A stretch of 64,000 nt of DNA from a virus. Below are positions 37,929-46,870 of this stretch, in pieces. Within the stretch, counting starts at the first letter, position 1; each line of letters starts with the position of its first letter. Made by a program: the position numbers and the translations under genes. The notes under the pieces were generated by a model. The model saw only the letters and a list, made by a program, of their open reading frames with translations. It was not told the origin of the DNA and did no database searches. The stretch lies in IMG/VR virus record IMGVR_UViG_3300028920_000060, positions 7,968 to 71,967 of that record; one strand, 5' to 3'.

Positions 37929-40622
37929 CTATCGCCCAAGATTGGCTAAACCTGCCACCTTAGTTACACCAACAGCATCTCTAATAGCTGTACGTTTATT
38001 ATCAGTTTGAGGCTGCTGAGTAGTCTCAGTTGGATTCAACTGTAGATTTCCTTGCGTAGCAGCCTGCTTGAGTTGTACATCGCTAGCACTCGGTTGAAAC
38101 GCAGCTTCATCAAGCGGAACAGCAGCAGTCTTGATATTCTTCAAGTCTGCCTCTACTTGCATCAAAGTCTCATCATTCCAATTCATAACCGACGCGGCAC
38201 GTTCAATAATGCCATCAATGAACGCTTCCCACGCTGGTTTATCAGTACCTTCAATAATAGGATCAGAAAATGCAGCTTCTACAATAGTAACTGCAGTTTT
38301 CTGATCCATAGGGGCGTATTCATACCCATCACCAAGCGGCATCGGGTTACAAAGTGCAATCCCCATTGCCGTCTTCAATGGCGAATACTCGAGGTTGAGA
38401 GCTTGTCGCTTAGCGACAAGTTTAAGAGCACGGGCAAATCTATCAGCCATGTTGGTGATAAATTGCTTCTTCTCTTCCTCTAGTTCCGCGATTTTCTTCT
38501 CTAATCTACCCTTATAAAGCGATTCAATTCTAGCAGCGTGTTGCTTGATATCATATGAAGCAACTTCTGCCTTCTTATCTTTGTCCTTCTTCTTCTTTTT
38601 ATCAAGACATTCATCATCATCTGACATAGGACCAGTACCATCAGGCTTACCAGGGCCTTTAATCTTGCCAGCAGATTTCATATCAGTACTGACATCATCA
38701 ACAGCGCTCTGACTCAAACTCCAGTCCTTACGCTTGTCTTTCATGTCAGAATCCTTCATCTCGTTCACCGACAACTGATCAGGATTCCTGTCGTGTTGTT
38801 CATCCTCAAGATCAGTTTCACGATCACTCAAGGAGTCATTACTAAGAGATACAGTTTCATCGTATTCATCAGCACGATCAGAATCAGCACCATCACCAGT
38901 AGCAGTATCTTTGGCAGAACCAGGCTTATCTGCTAAATCAGAATCGCCTTCAGCAGAAGTTGGAGCACTTGGTTCATTCCGATCAATACCAGTCATATCA
39001 TCGTGATAATGCTGTAAAACCTGAGCAAGACGTGGACCAACAATGGCCTTCGTCATGTTAATAGCAGTTCCAATACCATACTGTGCGATGGTAGTAAGAA
39101 CTTTCTTAGCTAAATCCTCAGGACCGACGCTAGCAACCTTGGTAGTATCTACCCTATCAGGTTTTACTACAAACAAGGTACCTTCTGCATCAAAGATACG
39201 GACATTACCAGCACTAGTAATCTCCGCCTTTAAATGCTTGTATGACTCAGCAAAACGAAGCATAGGGGAACCTCCAGAGGTTTCTTTATTTCCACGTTTA
39301 GGCGGAGTAGCCTCAGGCCCTTCAATGCCCATGGCTGCCGGTGTTAACACACCACCGGGACCTGCCGGTGTTGCGCCTAATTCTTCTGGTTTCAATTCTT
39401 CAATAGGAGTTTTATTATCTAGTGAAGTTTCTTCTAATTCACTTGATTCAATTTCTACACCATCCGGTGTAGTATTAATGTTTATTGTAACGTCACCACC
39501 GCCCTTTTCTTCATCCATTGGTGGAGGTTCAAGACCTGGAGGTGGCATATCAGGGCCAGGTTCTGCAGAACCAGGACCAGGGAGGCCAGGTGGTGGAGGA
39601 GGCATCGGAGGGCCAGCTTGTGCCGCCTTCTGGAGCTTCTCCTCCACCCGCCTTTCGAGATCAGCAACCTTTTGGCTTAATATAAGTATGTCAGATTCGT
39701 TTTGGAGCTGATCATCGTTTAGCCGTTCACTGAGCTTTAAAATCTCATATTGCTCAGCTTTGGTGTCAGCTGGGTCATGTACACGACTATACTCATCGTA
39801 TATAACCCCCTCACACCACTCGAAAGCTCTGGCAGTTTTCTTAGTAATCTTAGCGGTTTTATCTTTACCGTATTCAATTACAAAGGCTACTGGATTAAAT
39901 CCAGGTTCAGACTCATCATAAGTCTTACCTTTGTTTTTAATATGAGCACAAAACTCGCCTCTGCTATATGCAACGTTATTACAAACATTGCATCGAGTAC
40001 GTAAACAAGAGCAGCCCATCGATCCATGTTTAAGGATGCCAGCTGTTACTGCTCGAGCGAAAGTGGGATCTTTTTTAGTATCAATAGCGACAAGAAGTTC
40101 TACAAATTCATCCTTGACTACATTACCGCATTTTCTACAGTGAATGCCAGTCTCAGGATCGCGACCTTCTTTTGATGCAGTTTTATTACCACAATTTGGA
40201 CATTCATCAAGAGGTGGCGTAGCATCATTGTAATGAGCGTCTACAATAAAACCTCTTGCATTTTTAGGATTTTCTGCTCTATGATTAATGTGATGCGGTT
40301 TATTTTCGTAAGTACGATAGACTTGTTTACCAAGACGCCCATCAAATCTTAAAAGTTCATGCTTATGAAAAGCATCCTTATTCTCATTAGGCACATTAGA
40401 TGTATTGCCTCTAATAGCCTCAAATATATAATCAGCAGGATTATCTGAAATATCGTATTCAGACGCCACAATTGCAAGTGAGGCTTTAATATCTATGGGC
40501 TTACGTTTATTTAAAAATTCGCTAGTATTTTCATCACCATAAGCTGCCGATTTTTGCAGCTTATCGTCTTCATACTCAGCGACAGATAAAGTCTGAACTT
40601 CAGCAGTTTTGATGAATGTCAT
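37929..40622 (-). CDS. Prohead protease fused to scaffold
   Basis: N-terminal protease (KPHHINH His region, GFIVDA, GSMGC serine motif followed by CxxC...CxH), a Zn-ribbon insert, then Pro-rich, acidic and coiled-coil scaffold segments. Confidence 0.8.
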   Translation of the reverse strand: MTFIKTAEVQTLSVAEYEDDKLQKSAAYGDENTSEFLNKRKPIDIKASLAIVASEYDISDNPADYIFEAIRGNTSNVPNENKDAFHKHELLRFDGRLGKQVYRTYENKPHHINHRAENPKNARGFIVDAHYNDATPPLDECPNCGNKTASKEGRDPETGIHCRKCGNVVKDEFVELLVAIDTKKDPTFARAVTAGILKHGSMGCSCLRTRCNVCNNVAYSRGEFCAHIKNKGKTYDESEPGFNPVAFVIEYGKDKTAKITKKTARAFEWCEGVIYDEYSRVHDPADTKAEQYEILKLSERLNDDQLQNESDILILSQKVADLERRVEEKLQKAAQAGPPMPPPPPGLPGPGSAEPGPDMPPPGLEPPPMDEEKGGGDVTININTTPDGVEIESSELEETSLDNKTPIEELKPEELGATPAGPGGVLTPAAMGIEGPEATPPKRGNKETSGGSPMLRFAESYKHLKAEITSAGNVRIFDAEGTLFVVKPDRVDTTKVASVGPEDLAKKVLTTIAQYGIGTAINMTKAIVGPRLAQVLQHYHDDMTGIDRNEPSAPTSAEGDSDLADKPGSAKDTATGDGADSDRADEYDETVSLSNDSLSDRETDLEDEQHDRNPDQLSVNEMKDSDMKDKRKDWSLSQSAVDDVSTDMKSAGKIKGPGKPDGTGPMSDDDECLDKKKKKDKDKKAEVASYDIKQHAARIESLYKGRLEKKIAELEEEKKQFITNMADRFARALKLVAKRQALNLEYSPLKTAMGIALCNPMPLGDGYEYAPMDQKTAVTIVEAAFSDPIIEGTDKPAWEAFIDGIIERAASVMNWNDETLMQVEADLKNIKTAAVPLDEAAFQPSASDVQLKQAATQGNLQLNPTETTQQPQTDNKRTAIRDAVGVTKVAGLANLGR

Positions 40623-40735
40623 TGCTTTTCTTGATCTTTCTTATCTTTTTTATCTTGCTTTTCACTTTTATCTTTTTTATTTTTGTCTTTTTTTAATACC
40701 CCTAAGGTAGTTGTCTTACCTGTTTTCTTGAACAT
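40619..40735 (-). CDS. Unannotated 38-aa Lys/Asp-rich peptide
   Basis: MFKKTGKTTTLGVLKKDKNKKDKSEKQDKKDKKDQEKQ; GAGGCGG SD; TGA overlaps the protease ATG. Confidence 0.5.
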   Translation of the reverse strand: MFKKTGKTTTLGVLKKDKNKKDKSEKQDKKDKKDQEKQ

Positions 40736-40828
40736 TCACCGCCTCACATGCTTAAATACTCAGTATTAAGCTGTTTTCAGTAATAATTTAAGGTTAACAA
40801 CGAACATTGTACTTTCTTACAGTATGTT

Positions 40829-43234
40829 CTATTCATCTAAAATACTACTAATATCCCCATTCCATGCACTTTCATGACTTTCATTACCATGACCAACCAA
40901 AAGCATATCTGGTCGACTAAGTGTTACTACGTCAGGTCGTCCACCATCTATATAAGAGGATAGTCTGTTCATCATAGCAGAATCATTAAGCATACCAGAA
41001 TCTTCCGGTAGTTTATCTTCTAACTTCATTAAGTTAGTATCACCAACCGCTATTTGATTAAAAACACCTTCTTTTTCTAATACTTGTTCTAATTGCTTAA
41101 TATCGGACAAAACATAACCATAGCTCATGGCATGTTCTGATATTATCTCCATGATTTCAGCTTTATCGCCAGCAGCAATAGCGGAATTTAAATTATGTCC
41201 TTTAATTTGCTCCCAAAATGGTGATTTAGTATCACCATCAAGTAGTAATTCCTTCAACTCTTCGATTTCAGATGCGCTCCAATTTCCAACTCTACCCTTA
41301 TGATCATAGACATCAGAAGTAGCATCTTCCATAGCTGGATCTTTTTTACCAGATGGTCCAGTACCACCACCATCTGCGCCCTTATCAGATTCACCCATTG
41401 GTCCACCTGGTGAAGGTGGCGGTGTTCCCATACCACCCGGGCCACCGGGGGTTGGTCCCGAGGAGCCAGGAGTAGTACCAGGCATACCACCGCCACCAGG
41501 CATACCAGCTGGCGGAGACCTAGGTGGCGTAGGCTTTACTCCCATACCACCAGCAGGTAATGCAGGTTTGCCACCAGGAGCAGCGCCTTCGGGAGGCTGC
41601 TCATCTTTTACATAATGCTTAATAGTGTTCTCTAATTCTTGCTCTTCAGCAATCTTATTAATCTCATCCTCAAATTTCTTACCAACGGCAGCATACTTAG
41701 AAGTCTTAGAAAATTTAATCCCCATTTGTTCAAGAGCTTGCATTGCGGTCACAAGTTCTGAATTAATGGTGTGATCTAATTGCTTCTCCCATTCTAATTT
41801 AGGTATAATCCAACGATTCTCAGCCTCGATCTGTCTCTGGGATCGTTTAATTCTATATCGATGATTGATTTCTCCCTTATCTCTTTTTACCCATCCATTA
41901 ATTTGAGCGATCGGTTTAAAAAATTTAGGAAGTAACCAAGTGTTAACAAAAAAGTCACGCATCGCCCGCAATCTTTGTAAAAAGACTGACAGACCAGTGA
42001 CAGAGGATGCATAAGTAACTTCGCCATGAAGGAATGATTTACTAATTCCCATGGCAATAAGTTTAATACGTTCAATTACATCATGATGCTGAGCAATATT
42101 CATAATACGGTCAGTAGTACCGACCATTTCAAAGTTAATACCATAGTGGTAAACTAACCAGGCATTAACATCGAGCTCAGCCTGAGCGAGAAGCTGTAAT
42201 AATCTACGCTCATGTTCTTGAGATGGAATCCAACCAGTTTGCGGATTACCAAGTTTAGCTACCTTGATTGGGCCTGCATGGCGTCTAGCAGTAGCAATAC
42301 TGGCATTATAGATACCATCCTCATACATCAAAATACGCCACATACGACTGATAATTGACGTACCACGAGTATCATAGGGATGAAGCCTTCGCGGAATGAA
42401 GGTCATATTTATCGGACTAAGTGGAATATTTTGACGTGCAACAAGCCTCGAGATTAATTCAGGCGGCATTTGCTCACGTACACGTCTTAATAATCTATTG
42501 TTAGAAGTTAATACTGATCGAAGTCTATCATCAGGAATAAATTCTACCACTGGATCCATTTTAATAAATGGAGCATCAATAACTTCTAACTGATCGGGAT
42601 TATGAAGAGCTATATAAGACCAAATTCCCTTAGCGTCATCAAAGAAACAATGTGGAACTGCTTCACCAATAACTAAAAATTCACGCACCATATATTCAAG
42701 AATACGTAACACTTGCGTCTCTTGACACATAGTTTCAAACGATTCTTTGATTTCCCCAGATACACCTTCTCCTGTAAGCTGAAAGTTAGACCAAGGCATT
42801 GTGGCAAACATATCTACACAGTTACCAATTACCGGATCTAATTTATAGAATAATCGCCAATAGCGATTTGCAAGAATTCGATGTACAGGATACTGTTGCC
42901 TATCAGGCGACTCAAATTCAGGCTGATAGGGTCTTTGAGGGGTTAAAGAAACATTTTGATTGTTACTGAAACCCGGAAAAGTAGTACCAGAAGGACAATT
43001 AGCTACTTTAGTTATATTGGCGGTTCTTTGAGTTCTTGGATCTAATTCAGCACCGTCAGGAAGTAATCCATCAAAAAATTGATTAGATGCTTTACCCTCA
43101 GTACTAGATAGACCAGGAAGGAATTTCTCCATCCTGTCACCAAGAGCTTCAATCGTATTAGGCGTTAGACCATGAGGCGTGTCAGACGATGCCTGTTTAC
43201 GCACATTGCCATATTTGCTACCAGGCACGATCAT
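40829..43234 (-). CDS. Portal protein with N- and C-terminal extensions
   Basis: YWRLFYKLDPVIGNCVDMFATMPW, GEAVP, RPYDTRGTS-like (HPYDTRGTSII) and KVAKLGN core; Pro/Gly-rich linker plus extra C-terminal domain; upstream of protease. Confidence 0.85.
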   Translation of the reverse strand: MIVPGSKYGNVRKQASSDTPHGLTPNTIEALGDRMEKFLPGLSSTEGKASNQFFDGLLPDGAELDPRTQRTANITKVANCPSGTTFPGFSNNQNVSLTPQRPYQPEFESPDRQQYPVHRILANRYWRLFYKLDPVIGNCVDMFATMPWSNFQLTGEGVSGEIKESFETMCQETQVLRILEYMVREFLVIGEAVPHCFFDDAKGIWSYIALHNPDQLEVIDAPFIKMDPVVEFIPDDRLRSVLTSNNRLLRRVREQMPPELISRLVARQNIPLSPINMTFIPRRLHPYDTRGTSIISRMWRILMYEDGIYNASIATARRHAGPIKVAKLGNPQTGWIPSQEHERRLLQLLAQAELDVNAWLVYHYGINFEMVGTTDRIMNIAQHHDVIERIKLIAMGISKSFLHGEVTYASSVTGLSVFLQRLRAMRDFFVNTWLLPKFFKPIAQINGWVKRDKGEINHRYRIKRSQRQIEAENRWIIPKLEWEKQLDHTINSELVTAMQALEQMGIKFSKTSKYAAVGKKFEDEINKIAEEQELENTIKHYVKDEQPPEGAAPGGKPALPAGGMGVKPTPPRSPPAGMPGGGGMPGTTPGSSGPTPGGPGGMGTPPPSPGGPMGESDKGADGGGTGPSGKKDPAMEDATSDVYDHKGRVGNWSASEIEELKELLLDGDTKSPFWEQIKGHNLNSAIAAGDKAEIMEIISEHAMSYGYVLSDIKQLEQVLEKEGVFNQIAVGDTNLMKLEDKLPEDSGMLNDSAMMNRLSSYIDGGRPDVVTLSRPDMLLVGHGNESHESAWNGDISSILDE

Positions 43235-43245
43235 TTGACCCCTCC

Positions 43246-43590
43246 TTAGCCTTCCTTCTTAATAACAAATTGAAAATCGCTTTCTTTTTCAGGTACTAAA
43301 GAAACTTGGGGGCGCGTCCATTGTGAAGTGATGTCTTTACTACCACATCTACAACAGTGATTTGCCTGATTGGAGGTAGCAAAAAATTCAAATTTACATT
43401 CAGTACACACATATTTAATTAGTCCATGTTCTACCATTACTGTTTCATTACCATCTCCATCTCGCAATTTTAAATAATGGTGATTTTTTGCATATTCAAA
43501 AGCAGTTACGTCACCTGCGATGTTTGATTCTATAACACGCACTGCTAAACTCCTTACTAAGTCAATTCCATCCAATATGGAAGTTACCAT
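43246..43590 (-). CDS. Zn-ribbon protein
   Basis: CTEC...CCRCGS. Confidence 0.55.
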   Translation of the reverse strand: MVTSILDGIDLVRSLAVRVIESNIAGDVTAFEYAKNHHYLKLRDGDGNETVMVEHGLIKYVCTECKFEFFATSNQANHCCRCGSKDITSQWTRPQVSLVPEKESDFQFVIKKEG

Positions 43591-43591
43591 A

Positions 43592-46267
43592 TCAACTGTT
43601 CCTGTATTTCATTTTTTCTGTGTTTGGGGGTCTAGGTATATCTCTGTTTTCTCTATCTTCAGTACCATCAGTATATTCATTCTCCATAGGATCATCTTCT
43701 GGCCATGTTTGAGTAGCTTTAAAATACCATTTTTTAGAAGCTATTACTTCAATATCCTCATCATCTTCATCATCTTTATTTATTAAAATGTTGGGTAACT
43801 GTTGTTCCTGTTCACGTAATTCTCTGAGTCTTTTATTGCGCTCTTCTTCAGCAACTTCAAGCTGCTTCTCAGGATTTTTAGAATACCAATACATTTTATT
43901 TCGATATGGTATGCTTTCATGAAAACTAAGACCAGCTTCAAAGTCCTCTACTGTAAAACCTAATGCTTTTTCAATTTTCTGTTTAAATTCCGGATCAATT
44001 ATTATACTTCGTGCAATAATGTCGCGATCACTATTTTTAGGATCATATTTTTCTTTTAATCCCTTTAAAATATCTTTAATTTGTTCACTATAAACATTAG
44101 GCGGTGGAAGTTCAACCTGAGTCCCATCTGGATTTGTTAATTTCCTTGATACAGGACTTTCTTCTTCTTTTTCTTCTTGTTTAATTTGTTCTTTAATTAA
44201 TTTTACTCTATCTCCTAATAGACTACGTAGTTCTTGCATATCAGGATTTTGATGTGCGGTTGCTATCGCAAACTCTGCAAATTCTAGATTACCAGCTTCT
44301 TTATCAGCTTCTATATCTGCTGCTGGACCACCAACTCCACCTATGCCACCACTTTGTGAACTTTGTGGTCCAACATAATCAGATTTAGTTTTAACAGTCT
44401 TCTTTTTCTTATGCTTTTTAGCTTTATCTTCAGCAGTTTTCTCTTCATTAGGAACTAGATCATCTTTCCCACGACGATCTTCAGGCTCACCATATAAAGC
44501 ATTGTGTAAAGTCTCGATTGGAACAGCACGTATTTCACCCAGCATATACGAAGGCATATGCTGTAAATACATCTCAATTGCATCTTCTTCAGACGCAAAA
44601 CCAAGCATTACTTTATCTTCATCATACGAACCATCTTCCTTCATTTGCTCAATAATAAAAGCGGTATCGGTATCATCTGGGCCAAGATAAATATCTAATT
44701 CTTCACCATCGCTACCTTCAACACCAGCAGCATATCCATAATCACATTTCATATGGGTGGCGTAGGTATCACTGCCTTTATATGACCGAATTGAACCTTT
44801 CGGCCATTCCACATCCATTTTTATACCATGATAATCTTTAACTGCCTTAGTAGGGTCATTACTTAATTTTGGACCCAAATCTTCAGTTGGTCTTTCAGTT
44901 AAAATGCCGCCAGGAGGAGTAGTACGTCTGTAATATTCCTGCCCCTCTTCTATTGGCCTTTTATATTCTTTTTGTACTGTTTCTTTTGTCTTCTTTTGTT
45001 CTATACTAGGCGTCTGTTGTTCTGTCGTTTCAGGATAATCTTCATATTCTGGGGATGTTAATACTTGCTCTTTTAAATTTTCTGGTAAGTTCTGTGTAAG
45101 AATCTTTTCTCTATATTCTTGTAATTGAAGGTCTATTTCATCTTCTGGAGGAAACTGTGAAGGAACCACACCAGAACTTTCTAGACCAGCCATATCAAAT
45201 AATTTGACAGCAAATTCAGGTTCTGCAATCATCATTTGCGAAATACTATCAATAATAGTTCTTTCACTCTCTAATACTTTATCCTCTACTCCATATTGAC
45301 CAAGATAATTATATAATGTATTTCTCAATTCATCATTAGTTAAACTTTGTTGATAAATCTTATAGGCATAATCTGAATACTGAGCTCTCTTAATATGTGC
45401 TGTTTTTTGTAATTGATCTCTGATAGCATCTAATACTACATTCCAATCACCATTAAACGATATACCCTTATCGTCAATAAAATGATGAGCTGGTGGTTTT
45501 TTACCTACATAAACATCTGTAAATGGAATTTTATTATCACCTAAAACTTTAGATACAGCCTCAATTAATTCATTTTCTTTATCTTCACCATCGGCAAAAT
45601 ATTGGCGAGCAGTATAGATTGATACTACTGCACCATTATCAATCATCTCTTGCAGTGCTTCTTTAGCACCTTCAATTGGTTGACCAAATACATGTTCGCC
45701 AGTTTCCGATGCGTATTGATTGTCTGGCGGAGGTTCTAAAATCGTGCCATCAAGATCTACTGCGATCCAGATATAATCAGGTCCCTTGTTTGGGTCGATT
45801 TCTTCTTTTTCGGAAGCATGTAATGTAATGTTAAATCGTCCCTTGTCTGGGTCCTCGTATCTTGGGTTGGGCTGGCCGATTCCGTCAGTGTATGGTGGGT
45901 ACACACTTTTTGATAGGGTACCATGATCTTCATCTGATTCACCTAATTTTCCGTCTGCATCTTCGAATCGATTCTCATCTGTATAAGATTCATTCCATCG
46001 TGCAGGCTCAGTTAAATTCTGTTTTGGTTTACCATGCTCACGTTCAGTTGTCAATTGGGTAAGTTCTTGTCCTAATTCTGCCTGTCTAGGACGTTTATAC
46101 TGATCGAATTCTGGGCCAGTATTAGTTTCATCTTGAATTTCACCAGCAGGAAATTCTGATGGAAAAGTAACTTGTTCACGTCCATCAACATCACCATCGG
46201 TCTCTTTATCTACTATATTTATAGCTGCGTACTTAGGCAAACCATTAATCATATCAGACATTACCAT
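43592..46267 (-). CDS. Multidomain protein: HAD-family phosphatase + inorganic-pyrophosphatase-like (InPase) domain
   Basis: HAD motifs IAVDLDGT, IYTAR, KKP..HHFIDDK (about 45430-45775); GIKMDVEWPKGSIR...DYGY...GSDGEELDIYLG...DEDKVMLGF (about 44480-44835). Confidence 0.7.
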   Translation of the reverse strand: MVMSDMINGLPKYAAINIVDKETDGDVDGREQVTFPSEFPAGEIQDETNTGPEFDQYKRPRQAELGQELTQLTTEREHGKPKQNLTEPARWNESYTDENRFEDADGKLGESDEDHGTLSKSVYPPYTDGIGQPNPRYEDPDKGRFNITLHASEKEEIDPNKGPDYIWIAVDLDGTILEPPPDNQYASETGEHVFGQPIEGAKEALQEMIDNGAVVSIYTARQYFADGEDKENELIEAVSKVLGDNKIPFTDVYVGKKPPAHHFIDDKGISFNGDWNVVLDAIRDQLQKTAHIKRAQYSDYAYKIYQQSLTNDELRNTLYNYLGQYGVEDKVLESERTIIDSISQMMIAEPEFAVKLFDMAGLESSGVVPSQFPPEDEIDLQLQEYREKILTQNLPENLKEQVLTSPEYEDYPETTEQQTPSIEQKKTKETVQKEYKRPIEEGQEYYRRTTPPGGILTERPTEDLGPKLSNDPTKAVKDYHGIKMDVEWPKGSIRSYKGSDTYATHMKCDYGYAAGVEGSDGEELDIYLGPDDTDTAFIIEQMKEDGSYDEDKVMLGFASEEDAIEMYLQHMPSYMLGEIRAVPIETLHNALYGEPEDRRGKDDLVPNEEKTAEDKAKKHKKKKTVKTKSDYVGPQSSQSGGIGGVGGPAADIEADKEAGNLEFAEFAIATAHQNPDMQELRSLLGDRVKLIKEQIKQEEKEEESPVSRKLTNPDGTQVELPPPNVYSEQIKDILKGLKEKYDPKNSDRDIIARSIIIDPEFKQKIEKALGFTVEDFEAGLSFHESIPYRNKMYWYSKNPEKQLEVAEEERNKRLRELREQEQQLPNILINKDDEDDEDIEVIASKKWYFKATQTWPEDDPMENEYTDGTEDRENRDIPRPPNTEKMKYRNS

Positions 46268-46291
46268 TTTCTCCGATATTTACCAGAGTCT

Positions 46292-46870
46292 TTAATCAAT
46301 GTCATAATTAATCTGATGTAAAACTTTTTCGTATTCTTCTATCATCTCTTTATTTAATTTTTCTATATCAGCCCTCAAATGTTCAATTTGAATAATTTCT
46401 TTATTAATTCGATCAGCAAACTCTTGTGATCTTTGTTTTATTTGACCTATATTTGTTACACGATGTAGTTCTTTTTCATATTCATATGTACTTTCAATAA
46501 GTTGATCAATTGGATCTAATAAAATATAATATAAATCAGTATCAAAATCTTGAATCTCATCATAATCTTTACTCAATTTGTTTTGTAAAAATTGTTTTAA
46601 CCCACTTGTATCTGGAAGATTAAAATAAGAATCAAACACACCTTTATCTTTTTGAATACCAGAATATATTTCCCATCCTGGATGACCACTAAATTCAACA
46701 GATATCTCTGAAAGATTCGTCCAATGTTTAAGTAGTTTATCAAATCTAGGTATATATTTATTTACCATATTAATAATGCCAGGACCTACAGCTTTCTTTT
46801 GTAGTCTAACTAATTTAGTTTTTGCTTCATGCAAAGCAAAATTTTGAAAGGCTTTTTTAAGCATCACCAA
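46292..46870 (-). CDS. Hypothetical helical protein
   Basis: 192 aa ORF between TerL and the HAD/InPase gene. Confidence 0.5.
   Translation of the reverse strand: MVMLKKAFQNFALHEAKTKLVRLQKKAVGPGIINMVNKYIPRFDKLLKHWTNLSEISVEFSGHPGWEIYSGIQKDKGVFDSYFNLPDTSGLKQFLQNKLSKDYDEIQDFDTDLYYILLDPIDQLIESTYEYEKELHRVTNIGQIKQRSQEFADRINKEIIQIEHLRADIEKLNKEMIEEYEKVLHQINYDID

Noticed and set aside
40680-40700. A AAA AAA slippery run in the 38-aa micro-ORF as a frameshift into the protease
   Set aside because: The -1 frame meets TAA within a few codons.
45781-45855. Short direct repeat GTCCCTTGT(T/C)TGGGTC
   Set aside because: Encodes DPNKG/DPDKG in a linker; too short to support a separate element.
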